64,000 bases of DNA from Vicinamibacterales bacterium. GTDB lineage: Bacteria > Acidobacteriota > Vicinamibacteria > Vicinamibacterales > UBA2999. Below the pieces are notes generated by a model, which saw only the letters and a program-made list of their open reading frames with translations, was not told the DNA's origin and ran no database searches. Shown here in pieces: positions 7,826 to 17,014 of the stretch (positions are counted from its first letter, which is position 1; each line of letters begins with the position of its first letter). The translations under genes were made by a program, and so were the position numbers. The stretch spans positions 97,166 through 161,165 of the forward strand of contig DAIRVG010000001.1 in NCBI GenBank assembly GCA_036802945.1. Direction: 5' to 3'.

Positions 7826-9549
7826 AGGTCCTCTTCTCGGGTCTGCACTTCGCGTACTTCAGGAACTTCGAATCCGCGATACGCGAGCTGGCTGCGCGCG
7901 GGCACTCGGTACATCTCTCAGCCGATGAGGTCGAGGCCCCGATAAACATGGGCGGCCAGCATCTGGTGGAGTGCCTGGCGGCGCAATGTCCCACGATCTC
8001 ATGGGACCTGGCGCCTTCGCTGGAGCAGGAAACCTGGTTCGATGCAGCCCGGCGTCTGCGGCTTGGCCTGGACTACGTGCGGGTGCTCGAGCCGGCGTAT
8101 GCATCGGCCTCGAAGCTTCGCATGCGCGCGCGCGCGCGCGCGCCGCGTGTCGTCCGATGGGCGGCCGCCGCGCCTGTTATCGGACGTCCGCTGGCGCGTG
8201 CCGGGCTCACAGGCGCCGAACGCGCGCTGCCGGCCAGCGAGGCGCTGAAGGACTACCTGCGGCGTCACGATCCGGACGTCGTCGTGCTCGTCTCGCTGAC
8301 CTATTCACGATCACAGCAGTTCGACCTCCTGAAGGCCGCGCGGGGCCTCGGGATCCCAGTGGCCGCGGCGATCATGAGCTGGGACCATCTGTCCAGCAAG
8401 GCGCTGCTCCACGTGGCTCCGGACATGATCATTGTCTGGAACGACCTGCAGCGTCAGGAAGCGGTGGAGATGCACGGCCTTCCCTCCGACCGCATCGTGG
8501 TCACCGGCGCCCAGTGTTACGACCAGTGGTTCAGCCGCACGCCCGAGCGAAGCCGGGAGGAGTTCTGTCGCGCGATGGGGTTGCGCGAGGATCGTCCATT
8601 CGTCCTGTGGGTGCACTCGGCCATGAGTCCAGTGCCCGACCCGCCTGAGCCCGTGCTCGTCACGCAGTGGCTCGACGCCCTCCGATCGAGTCACGATGCG
8701 CGGTTGCGCGATCTGGGTGTGCTGGTGCGGCCCCATCCCGAGCGATTGAAGGAATGGGCGGGCGTGGATCTGGGGCGTTTCGACAATGTCGTGTTCCGTG
8801 GCGGCAACCCGATCGACGCGCGCTCCAAGGAGGACTACTTCGACGCCCTGTACTACAGCAGGGCGGTGATCGGCCTCGTCACGAGCGCGTTTCTCGAGGC
8901 CGCGGTGGTCGGACGCCCGGTGTTCACGTTCACGCTGCCGGAATATCGCGTCCACCAGGAGGAGATGCTCCACTTCCGCTATCTCACGAGCGTGGCGGGC
9001 GGGCTGCTTTCGACGGCGCCCGACATTCCCACACACCTGGCGCAACTCGCCGATGCGATCGCCGAGCCCGAGGGGCGCGACCAGCGCAACCGGCGTTTTC
9101 TGACGGCGTTCGTTCGGCCCGCGGGACTCGACGTCCCGGCGACGCCCGCATTCGTCGACGCGATCGAGCGGTTGCACCGCGACGGGACGCGCGGCGATCC
9201 AGGTCTTCGTGGTGACTCCTGGATCACGCCCCTCGTGGTCGCCGCCGCGGGGGCGGCGCGGACCGGCGTCGGACGATGGCTGATGCTCGACGTCCGTGGC
9301 GACGAGACCGACGACCATCGCGATCGGAAGCAACGCATCATCAGCGCGCGGGCCGCCGCGAAAGCCACCCGGCAGCACGCAAAAGCGCGGCGGCGCGCCC
9401 GGCGGGCGCGTCGTGATGCCATCCTGCGGGGCGGCAAGGAAGTGAAAAGCGCGCTTCTTCTCATCCGCTATCACGCCGCCGTGGCCGTCCATCGAGCGCT
9501 CGCGCTCACCGGTTTCGATCGGAATCATCCGGGAGCCGGCAAGGAATGA
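7822..9549 (+). CDS. Family A uncharacterised GT-B-like protein, paralog 1 of 3
   Basis: MKVLFSGLHFAYFRNFESAIRELAARGH, MSWDHLSSKALL, VLVRPHPERLKEW and VTSAFLEAAVVGRPV. ATG 7822 overlaps the upstream TGA. Basic C-terminal tail. Confidence 0.75.
   Translation: MKVLFSGLHFAYFRNFESAIRELAARGHSVHLSADEVEAPINMGGQHLVECLAAQCPTISWDLAPSLEQETWFDAARRLRLGLDYVRVLEPAYASASKLRMRARARAPRVVRWAAAAPVIGRPLARAGLTGAERALPASEALKDYLRRHDPDVVVLVSLTYSRSQQFDLLKAARGLGIPVAAAIMSWDHLSSKALLHVAPDMIIVWNDLQRQEAVEMHGLPSDRIVVTGAQCYDQWFSRTPERSREEFCRAMGLREDRPFVLWVHSAMSPVPDPPEPVLVTQWLDALRSSHDARLRDLGVLVRPHPERLKEWAGVDLGRFDNVVFRGGNPIDARSKEDYFDALYYSRAVIGLVTSAFLEAAVVGRPVFTFTLPEYRVHQEEMLHFRYLTSVAGGLLSTAPDIPTHLAQLADAIAEPEGRDQRNRRFLTAFVRPAGLDVPATPAFVDAIERLHRDGTRGDPGLRGDSWITPLVVAAAGAARTGVGRWLMLDVRGDETDDHRDRKQRIISARAAAKATRQHAKARRRARRARRDAILRGGKEVKSALLLIRYHAAVAVHRALALTGFDRNHPGAGKE
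8124..8143. repeat. (GC)10 dinucleotide tract inside family A paralog 1
   Basis: A perfectly alternating G/C run of 20 nt that encodes RARARA. Confidence 0.9.
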
Positions 9550-11678
9550 TGACGGAGGACCCCGCGTTCGCGGCGTATCTGGACGCGCGCGAGGCGGTGG
9601 AGCGAATCAAAGGATCCGGCGCGCCATCCGGGGTCGCCCGCCCGAGCGCCTACTGGCTCGAAGAGCTCGAGCAGATCGACTATCTCGCGGACGCGTCGCC
9701 GCTGATCGTCCGCAAGCTGCGACACCACGCGTTCCACATCACCGGCATCCGTCCTTACGACTATCGTGAAAAGGGAGACGGCCGCAGGCAACGATTCGAG
9801 GGGAGGCTGCAGGCGCTGCGGGCTCTCGACCATGCCGGGTTGATGGTGCCTGAGTCGCCCGCCCTCGGTGGATTCGGCTACGAGATCGACGGCCACCTGT
9901 TCAACGTCGACACGCTGAAGTTCTACGAGGTGTTGATCGCGATGCAGCGCGGCGGCGTGCTCGACGCGATGCGCGGGATCGATCGGCCGCTCGTGTGCGA
10001 GATCGGCGCAGGATGGGGAGGGTTCGCCTATCAGTTCAAGACGCTGTTCCCGCGCGCCACGTACGTCATCGTCGATTTCGCGGAGCTGTTCCTCTTTTCG
10101 GCTACCTACCTGAAGACCGTTTTCCCGGACGCGACCCTCCGCTTCGTCGGCGAAGATTTCGATCTGACGTCCGGCGCCTGGCGCGACGCGGACTTCCTGT
10201 TTGTGCCGAACACGCTCGCGCATCTCGTCTCCTCGTTGCCGCTCGACCTCACGCTCAACATGGTCTCGTTCCAGGAGATGACCGAGGCTCAGGTGCGGAC
10301 GTACGTCGGTATGGCAGCAGACGCGCGGTGCCCGTTGCTTTACAGTCTCAACCGCGAACGTTCGTCATACAACAGCCAGCTGACCAGCGTCTCCGAAGTG
10401 TTGTCGGATCGTTACGAACTTGCTGAGGTGACGGTTCTCGACACTGATTACCCCACCGGACTGAAGAAACCGCCGAAGCCCGGCAAGACCGCCGAGCGGC
10501 CGGATCTTGCCTACCGCCATCAGGTGGGCAGGCTCAGTACGGGACCGGTGCGTTCGCTCGACTCCGCGGCCGAATTCGCCTCTGCACGTCACGCATCACG
10601 AGTCGTGCTCGGGATGACGCTCTACAACAATGCCGAGCACCTGCGGGGCGCACTCGATTCGCTCCTCGCTCAGACATGGCGCGACTTCACGCTCGTGTTG
10701 CTCGACGATGCGTCCAGCGACGACACTGAGCGAATCGCGCGGGAGTACGCCGGGCGTGATGCGCGCGTCCTCTACTTCCGCCACGCCGAGCGCAAGGCGA
10801 TGATCGCCACGTGGCGCGAAGTAGTCGTGCTGGCCGGCGAGGCGAGCCCGTCGGCGGTCTATTTCGCGTGGGTGAGTGACCACGATCGCTGGCACCCCCG
10901 ATGGCTCGAGGCCATGGTTGGCGAGCTCGATCGCGATCCTGGAGTCGTGCTCGCGTATCCCATCACGCGACGCATCGCACCGGATACCGGGATCGAGCTC
11001 GACAAGGGACCGCGGCTTTTCGAGACGATGGCGTTGCACGACGTCCGCAGCCGCTGGTCGTACTTCTGTCGTCACGCCGTGGGCTCCGGCGACATGGTGT
11101 ACGGCCTCATGCGACTGGATGCCCTGCGGCGGGCCGGAATCTTCCGCACGGTCCTGCGTCCCGATCGGTTGCTCATTGCCGAGTTGACGCTCGCCGGCCG
11201 CATACGTCAGGTGCCGGAGGTCCTCTGGTTCCGCCGGCAGTCAGCCGCGACGAGCGTCTCACGGCAGCGGCACACGCTGGTCCTGCCGCAAGAAGCGCCG
11301 CGATGGTTTGCCGCGCCGCCATGGCTCCAGCATGCGCTGGTGCTGTGGCGCGAGTACGTCACGCCCGATCCACGTCCGATTCCGTTGCCGACGTCGCAGT
11401 GGGCGCGGATGGTGGTGCTGTACCAGGTGCGCTACGGTTGGCGCCACCTGCGCAAGTCGGAGACGTCGCACGTCGTCGGCCGCGGTATCGACAACACGAT
11501 CTGGGCAAAGAAGATCACCCGCCACTACTACCATCACGCCATTTACCGCACGCTGGTTGGCACTCGCGCGGCGTGGGGCAAGCTGCGCCGGCTCGCGCGG
11601 CGCGGCGTGTATCACGTGCTCGTGCTCACGCACCGCGTGCGGCATCGCCGGGGCAGCGAGGAAACGCCGATCCGGTGA
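9546..11678 (+). CDS. Bifunctional protein: N-terminal putative sugar O-methyltransferase fused to a C-terminal GT2 domain
   Basis: N-terminal half CEIGAGWGGFAYQF ... NMVSFQEMTE. C-terminal half VVLGMTLYNNAEHL, LVLLDDASSDDT and FAWVSDHDRWHPRWL, co-linear with 3706-4860. Confidence 0.8.
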   Translation: MMTEDPAFAAYLDAREAVERIKGSGAPSGVARPSAYWLEELEQIDYLADASPLIVRKLRHHAFHITGIRPYDYREKGDGRRQRFEGRLQALRALDHAGLMVPESPALGGFGYEIDGHLFNVDTLKFYEVLIAMQRGGVLDAMRGIDRPLVCEIGAGWGGFAYQFKTLFPRATYVIVDFAELFLFSATYLKTVFPDATLRFVGEDFDLTSGAWRDADFLFVPNTLAHLVSSLPLDLTLNMVSFQEMTEAQVRTYVGMAADARCPLLYSLNRERSSYNSQLTSVSEVLSDRYELAEVTVLDTDYPTGLKKPPKPGKTAERPDLAYRHQVGRLSTGPVRSLDSAAEFASARHASRVVLGMTLYNNAEHLRGALDSLLAQTWRDFTLVLLDDASSDDTERIAREYAGRDARVLYFRHAERKAMIATWREVVVLAGEASPSAVYFAWVSDHDRWHPRWLEAMVGELDRDPGVVLAYPITRRIAPDTGIELDKGPRLFETMALHDVRSRWSYFCRHAVGSGDMVYGLMRLDALRRAGIFRTVLRPDRLLIAELTLAGRIRQVPEVLWFRRQSAATSVSRQRHTLVLPQEAPRWFAAPPWLQHALVLWREYVTPDPRPIPLPTSQWARMVVLYQVRYGWRHLRKSETSHVVGRGIDNTIWAKKITRHYYHHAIYRTLVGTRAAWGKLRRLARRGVYHVLVLTHRVRHRRGSEETPIR

Positions 11679-13282
11679 AGATTCTCTTCGTCGCGCGCCA
11701 CTTCACGTACTTCCGAAACTTCGATTCGGTCTTGCGGCTGCTTGCGTCCCACGGGCACGCGATTCACCTCGCGGTTGAGCGGGACGAGACGCAAGGGCTC
11801 GGCGGCGTGGCCCTCGTGGAGCGCCTGGCGGCGGACTATCCATCCATCACTTTCGGCGAGGCGCCGGGTCGAGAACCCGACGAATGGGCCCGGTTGTCGG
11901 CCAAGATCCGCCTGGCGTTCGACTACGTCAGATATCTCGATCCGCAATATGACGGTACGCCGCGGCTTCGTTCGCGCTCCGCGGAGCGCGCACCGGAGTT
12001 TGCGATCCGTTTTGGCCAGACCTCCCTGGCACGGCGCCGGCTGGCGCGCGCGGCGCTGCGACGGGTGCTGCGCGCGGCCGACGGGTCCCTGCCCCCGAGC
12101 AAACAGATCGAGGCGTTTCTGCGCGAGCAGCGTCCGGACGTGATGCTCATCACGCCGCTCATTGGCGTCGTCGGATCGCCGCAGCCCGACTACGTGCGCG
12201 CAGCCCGTGCCCTGGGGATCCCGACCGCGCTTGCCGTCTGGAGCTGGGATCATCTGTCGAGCAAGGCGCTCATCCGGGATCTGCCCGATCGCGTCTTCGT
12301 CTGGAACGAGGTCCAGCGATCGGAGGCGAAGCGGTTTCACGGCGTCCCGCGCGATCGCGTCGTCGTCACGGGCGCGCAGTGCTTCGATCACTGGTTCGAC
12401 CGCAAGGTGTCCCGCAGCCGCATCGAGTTCTGCGCTGACATGGGGTTGCCCGCCGATCGTCCACTGATCATGTACGTAGGGTCGGCGCTGTTTCGCGGCA
12501 GCCCCCCTGAAGTCGACTTCGTCATGGAATGGATCGCGCGCCTCCGCGCTAGCGCCGATCCCGCGCTCCGGAACGCGGCCATCCTGATTCGGCCGCATCC
12601 ACAGCGGATGGATGAATGGCGGAACGTGGACGTCGCGACGTTAGCGGACGTCGCCCTAAGAAGCGCGAACCCGGTGACCGAGGAGGCGCGCGCGGATTAT
12701 TTCGACGCGCTGTTTTTCAGCAGAGCCGTTGTCGGCCTCAATACGAGCGCATTCCTGGAAGCGGGCATCGTGGGCCGTCCGGTATTGGCGATTCTGCCGA
12801 CCGAGTACCACGACAATCAGGAGGGCACGCTGCACTTCCGCTACCTGACCGATGTCTCGGGCGGGCTCGTGCGCGTCAGCCGCTCGCTCGATGAGAACGA
12901 GGCGCAGCTGCGTCCCGTCCTCGCCGCCCCCGATGACGCCGCTGCGGTGCGCCGGTTCGTCGAGACTTTCCTGCGCCCGTACGGTCTCGACGTCCCTGCA
13001 ACGCCGAGATTTGCCGCCGCCGTCGAGGCGTTGCGGGATGTGCGGGTCCGACGCGGCAGTCGAATGCCGTCGCCGCTTGGGCGCGCCGCGCTCAACACGA
13101 TGGTGGCAATTGGCCAGTCTTCGCAGCATCGTGCGTGGATGTTCGACCAGGAAGAGCGCAACTACGAGGAGTGGCGCCGCCGGAAAGGCGAAATCCGCTC
13201 AAAGAACAGACGTGCGGGCCTCACCCCGGAACAGCAAGCCGAGGCCGAGCGAGAAATGCGCGCACATCGGGCGAACCCGTGA
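11675..13282 (+). CDS. Family A uncharacterised GT-B-like protein, paralog 2 of 3
   Basis: VKILFVARHFTYFRNFDSVLRLLASHGH, WSWDHLSSKALI, ILIRPHPQRMDEW and NTSAFLEAGIVGRPV. GTG 11675 overlaps the upstream TGA. Confidence 0.75.
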   Translation: MKILFVARHFTYFRNFDSVLRLLASHGHAIHLAVERDETQGLGGVALVERLAADYPSITFGEAPGREPDEWARLSAKIRLAFDYVRYLDPQYDGTPRLRSRSAERAPEFAIRFGQTSLARRRLARAALRRVLRAADGSLPPSKQIEAFLREQRPDVMLITPLIGVVGSPQPDYVRAARALGIPTALAVWSWDHLSSKALIRDLPDRVFVWNEVQRSEAKRFHGVPRDRVVVTGAQCFDHWFDRKVSRSRIEFCADMGLPADRPLIMYVGSALFRGSPPEVDFVMEWIARLRASADPALRNAAILIRPHPQRMDEWRNVDVATLADVALRSANPVTEEARADYFDALFFSRAVVGLNTSAFLEAGIVGRPVLAILPTEYHDNQEGTLHFRYLTDVSGGLVRVSRSLDENEAQLRPVLAAPDDAAAVRRFVETFLRPYGLDVPATPRFAAAVEALRDVRVRRGSRMPSPLGRAALNTMVAIGQSSQHRAWMFDQEERNYEEWRRRKGEIRSKNRRAGLTPEQQAEAEREMRAHRANP

Positions 13283-13287
13283 CACAG

Positions 13288-15963
13288 ATGAAGATTCTGT
13301 TCTTCGCGAGGCACTACTCGTATTTGCGGCTGTTCGAGTCGGCCATCCTGGAGCTCGCCCAGCGTGGCCACCACATTCACCTTGCCGCGGACCGCGAGGA
13401 AGCCATGGGCGGCCGCCGACTGGCGGAGCGGCTCGCCGAGAAGTACCCGAACGTGACGCTTGGCACGACGCCAGGGCGGGCGCCCGGCGCCTGGGCCGAG
13501 TTTGCGCGTCGTCTCCGCATGGGGATCGACTACCTGCGGTATCTCGATCCGCGGTACGAGGACACACCGCACCTGAAGGCGCGCGCGCGCGAACGCGCTC
13601 CCCGCAGCATCGTGACCCTCGCGGAACGTCTCCGCCCCGGCGGCGGCCGCCGCGCGCTCGCGAGTCTGCTGCGCACACTCGAGCGTGGCATTCCGACCAC
13701 GCGATCTCTCGAGAACTACATCCGCCAGCAGCATCCGGACGTCGTGCTGATCACGCCGCTGGTGGAGCTGGGCTCGCCTCAGATGGATCATCTGGCTGCC
13801 GCGAAAGCCCTCGGGATCCGCACTGCGTTGCCTGTCGCGAGCTGGGATCACCTTTCGAGCAAGGCGCTGGTGCGCAATTATCCAGACCTGCTGCTCGTCT
13901 GGAACGAGATTCAGAAGCGGGAAGCGGTCGAGATGCACGGCGTTGCGCCCGATCGGGTCGTTGTCACCGGCGCGCATTGCTACGATCAGTGGTTCGACCG
14001 CTCGCCGTCGAGGAGCCGCGAGAGCTTCTGCGCTCGCGTCGGGCTCCGGTCGGACAGGCCGCTGGTGCTCTATCTCTGTTCGTCGCTGTTCCGCGGGACC
14101 GCCAGCGAGGCGGCTGTCGTCGAACGCTGGGTCGAAGCAATCCGAACCAGCGACGATCCCCGCTTGAAAGACATCGGCATCCTGATCCGCCCGCATCCGG
14201 CCCGACTCGACGAATGGAAGCACGTCGATCTCTCCGGATACCGAAACATCGTGTTCTGGGGCGCGCATCCGGTCGATGCCGAGGCCAAGGACGACTATTT
14301 CGATTCGCTGTATTACAGCGCTGCGGTCGTCGGCCTGAATACGAGCGCCTTTCTCGAAGCAGCCGTGGTCGGCAAGCCGGTGCACACCGTGCTCGTCGAC
14401 GAGATCTCTCGGGTCAACCAGGAAGGGACAATTCATTTCCACTACCTGATGGAAGTGAACGGCGGGTTGCTGCGCGTCGCGCGGACGTTCGACGAGCATC
14501 TTCTGCTGCTGGCCGACTCGCTCGCGCCCGAAGGCGGCGGCGACACCAAAGCGCAACGCTTCGTCGAAGGATTCATCCGGCCGCTCGGCGCATCGGTTCC
14601 TGCGACGCCTCGCTTCGCGGACGCAATCGAGAGGCTTGCAGCGTCGCCTGCGCCGCATGCGCAGGGTGACGGGATCGTGGAGCGCGCCATCCGACTGGCG
14701 CTCTATCCCGCGGTCGGCGTTCTGCATGCGCTGCTCGCGACGCAGCCGCAACGGAAGCGGGTGCGACTGAAGTTCAGCAAGTGGCACCAGGACGGACGCC
14801 GCCGCGTCTTCGTGAAGCTGAAGCAGTTTGCGCAGAGCCAGCTTGGCGAGAAGGAGTTGACGGCCGCTCCCCTCGGTCCGCCGTCGGCGCTCACTCCAAA
14901 GCCGGGCCGTCAGCGGGATCCCGCGAAGAAGCTGGCCGGCTGGAATCTGCCCGAAGCAGAAGAAACGCGCGCGCTGATCAACTCGCTTGGTCGGGGTGGA
15001 CGACCGATCCTGATCGGACCATGGTTGTCGGAGGCCGGGTTCGAGCTGCTCTATTGGATTCCGTTCCTCGCGTGGGCGAAGGCATACGGCAACCTCGATC
15101 CGTCGCAGCTCGTGGTCATCTCTCGCGGGGGTGCGTTCTCCTGGTATCGCGACATCACGACCCAGTACGAGGATGTGTTGTCCTTCTTCACGCCAGACGA
15201 ATTCCGCGCTCGCAACGACGGGCGCATCATCGAGCAGCGCGGACGGATGAAGCACGTCGAAATCTCCAGCTTCGATCGGGAGATCATTGCGAAGGTGAGC
15301 GAGAAGCGCGGCTTGAGCGGCGTTCGCCTGCTGCATCCGTCGACGATGTACCGCCTGTTCGATCATTTCTGGTTCCAGCGCGTGCCGGTCACACTCATCG
15401 AAGCGTTCACGTCGTTCGGGCCGCTGCCGCCCGTTGAGATCGGCGACCTGCGAAGCCGGTTGCCGGAGCGCTACGCCGCCGCGAAGTTCTACGGCAACAC
15501 CGCGTTGCCGGACACCCCGGAGAATCAGGCGTTCGTGGCGTCGTATCTCGAGGAGTTGACGCGCCACATCGACGTCGTGCTCCTCAACACCGGACAACGG
15601 TTCGACGATCACGAGGACATGGCGCGGCTCAATCGCAGCCGCATTCATACCGTCGATCACCTGATGACGCCCGAGACCAATCTCGACGTCCAGACGCGGA
15701 TTATCGCGGGCGCCGAGGCGTACGTCGGCACCTATGGAGGGTTTTCGTACCTGGCTCCCTTTGTCGGCACGCACGCGCTGACGTTCTACTCGCACATCAC
15801 CGGCTTCCGGTTCGATCACCTCGAGGTGGCCAAGCGCGTCTTCTCCGGACTGCGGGAGGGAAGCTTCGTCGAGATCGATCTTCGCTCGATGGATCTGATG
15901 CGCCTCGGTCTTGGTGGCGCGTCACATACGACAGACGCGCTCGCGGGGGCGAGGCGAGGTTGA
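13288..15963 (+). CDS. Fusion protein: family A domain (about aa 1-450), basic linker, family B domain (about aa 560-891)
   Basis: N-terminal MKILFFARHYSYLRLFESAILELAQRGH, ASWDHLSSKALV and ILIRPHPARLDEW. C-terminal ILIGPWLSEAGFELLYWIPFLAW, LHPSTMYRLF and VGTYGGFSYLAPFVG. Confidence 0.8.
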   Translation: MKILFFARHYSYLRLFESAILELAQRGHHIHLAADREEAMGGRRLAERLAEKYPNVTLGTTPGRAPGAWAEFARRLRMGIDYLRYLDPRYEDTPHLKARARERAPRSIVTLAERLRPGGGRRALASLLRTLERGIPTTRSLENYIRQQHPDVVLITPLVELGSPQMDHLAAAKALGIRTALPVASWDHLSSKALVRNYPDLLLVWNEIQKREAVEMHGVAPDRVVVTGAHCYDQWFDRSPSRSRESFCARVGLRSDRPLVLYLCSSLFRGTASEAAVVERWVEAIRTSDDPRLKDIGILIRPHPARLDEWKHVDLSGYRNIVFWGAHPVDAEAKDDYFDSLYYSAAVVGLNTSAFLEAAVVGKPVHTVLVDEISRVNQEGTIHFHYLMEVNGGLLRVARTFDEHLLLLADSLAPEGGGDTKAQRFVEGFIRPLGASVPATPRFADAIERLAASPAPHAQGDGIVERAIRLALYPAVGVLHALLATQPQRKRVRLKFSKWHQDGRRRVFVKLKQFAQSQLGEKELTAAPLGPPSALTPKPGRQRDPAKKLAGWNLPEAEETRALINSLGRGGRPILIGPWLSEAGFELLYWIPFLAWAKAYGNLDPSQLVVISRGGAFSWYRDITTQYEDVLSFFTPDEFRARNDGRIIEQRGRMKHVEISSFDREIIAKVSEKRGLSGVRLLHPSTMYRLFDHFWFQRVPVTLIEAFTSFGPLPPVEIGDLRSRLPERYAAAKFYGNTALPDTPENQAFVASYLEELTRHIDVVLLNTGQRFDDHEDMARLNRSRIHTVDHLMTPETNLDVQTRIIAGAEAYVGTYGGFSYLAPFVGTHALTFYSHITGFRFDHLEVAKRVFSGLREGSFVEIDLRSMDLMRLGLGGASHTTDALAGARRG

Positions 15964-15982
15964 CGCGTCGCCCGCACCGGAC

Positions 15983-17014
15983 ATGCTGCGCGCGCTGAGA
16001 CGGCCTGTCCGCGAGATGCTGCGGCATCGAGCGGAGCTGCGCGAACAGCTGGACTGGTCGCGTACGGCGTGGCAGGTCGAGCGCGAAATCGACGACATCG
16101 CCGCCGGCAGCCGCACGCTCGTCGTCGGCCCGTGGCTCTCCGAGGTAGGGTACGAGGCCCTCTATTGGATCCCTTTTCTTCGCTGGGTGAAGGCCGCGTT
16201 TCGCATCGATGCGTCACGGGTTGTGGCGGTGTCACGCGGCGGGGTGGGCTCGTGGTACGAAGGAATCGCCGGCCGGTACGTCGAAATCTGGGATGAGTGC
16301 GACCCGGCGGAATTTGCCGTTCGCGCCGCGGAACGGGGCGCCACGAAGCAGCACGAGGTCTCGGCGTTCGATCGCGAGGTCATCGCGGCGGTCGAACGCC
16401 GGCTGGGCGAACGCGTGGATGTCCTCCATCCGTCGCTGATGTACCGGCTTTTCTCTCTGTTCTGGTCCGGTCAGAAGCCGCTGGGCTTTCTCGACGCGCA
16501 TACCCGCTTCGAGCCGGTGGCGCCCCCGCGGATCGTCGATGCCAGCCGTCTCCCGCGCGAATACGTCGCGGTGAAGTTCTATGCGGCGCGCTCGCTGCCG
16601 GATACGCCGGAAATCCGCCGCACGCTCGCGTGGTTTGTCGACAGCCTGGCCGAGCGCACCAACGTCGTGCTGCTCGAGACCGGACTCGTACTCGACGAAC
16701 ACACCGACTACACCTTCGGGTCCTCGGGGCGTGTCATCAGCGCGAAGCCGTGGATGACGCCGGCCAACAATCTGGGGGTGCAGACGCAGGTCATTGCCGG
16801 AGCGCAGGCGTTCCTCGGCACCTGCGGCAGCGTGGCGTGGCTTGCCCCGATGCTCGGTGTGAACACGTCGGCGGTGTACGTCGATCCCAAGTGGCTGCAC
16901 GCGCACCTCGGGGTCGCGCTGCGCGCCTGTCATCGCGCGGGCGCCGGCCGGTTTGCGGCGATGGACCTCCGGGCGCTCGATCCCCTCGGCATCCCGGTGC
17001 ACGTCCGTTCATGA
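15983..17014 (+). CDS. Family B uncharacterised protein (GPWLSEVGYE family), stand-alone copy 1
   Basis: VVGPWLSEVGYEALYWIPFLRW, VSRGGVGSWY, LHPSLMYRLF, YVAVKFY and LGTCGSVAWLAPMLG. The start is chosen as the first ATG after the upstream stop. Confidence 0.7.
   Translation: MLRALRRPVREMLRHRAELREQLDWSRTAWQVEREIDDIAAGSRTLVVGPWLSEVGYEALYWIPFLRWVKAAFRIDASRVVAVSRGGVGSWYEGIAGRYVEIWDECDPAEFAVRAAERGATKQHEVSAFDREVIAAVERRLGERVDVLHPSLMYRLFSLFWSGQKPLGFLDAHTRFEPVAPPRIVDASRLPREYVAVKFYAARSLPDTPEIRRTLAWFVDSLAERTNVVLLETGLVLDEHTDYTFGSSGRVISAKPWMTPANNLGVQTQVIAGAQAFLGTCGSVAWLAPMLGVNTSAVYVDPKWLHAHLGVALRACHRAGAGRFAAMDLRALDPLGIPVHVRS

Noticed and set aside
8311-9528. 405-aa minus-strand ORF, with similar long antisense ORFs at 25328-26653, 36101-37465, 48409-49584, 50114-51235 and 61242-62669
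   Set aside because: All are antisense to genes with strong motif support (family A, membrane protein, DegT, WecA-like, GT4, EgtB). Their composition is typical of off-frame GC-rich translation.
13162-15819. 885-aa minus-strand ORF antisense to the family A-B fusion gene, plus the 605-aa plus-strand alternative-frame ORF 12852-14669
   Set aside because: Both are extremely Arg/Ala/Pro-rich with no recognisable domains. The chosen frame has paralog-supported conservation with two other family A genes and four other family B genes.
14960-15963. Assigning family B to the fucosyltransferase (GT11/GT23/GT65) or known sialyltransferase families
   Set aside because: The position where those families carry an HxRRxD-type block reads YVAVKFY in all five copies. 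No sialyl motifs L/S or GT42/GT52/GT80 signatures that I know are visible. Only a general GT9-like block order remains, so the family is left unassigned.
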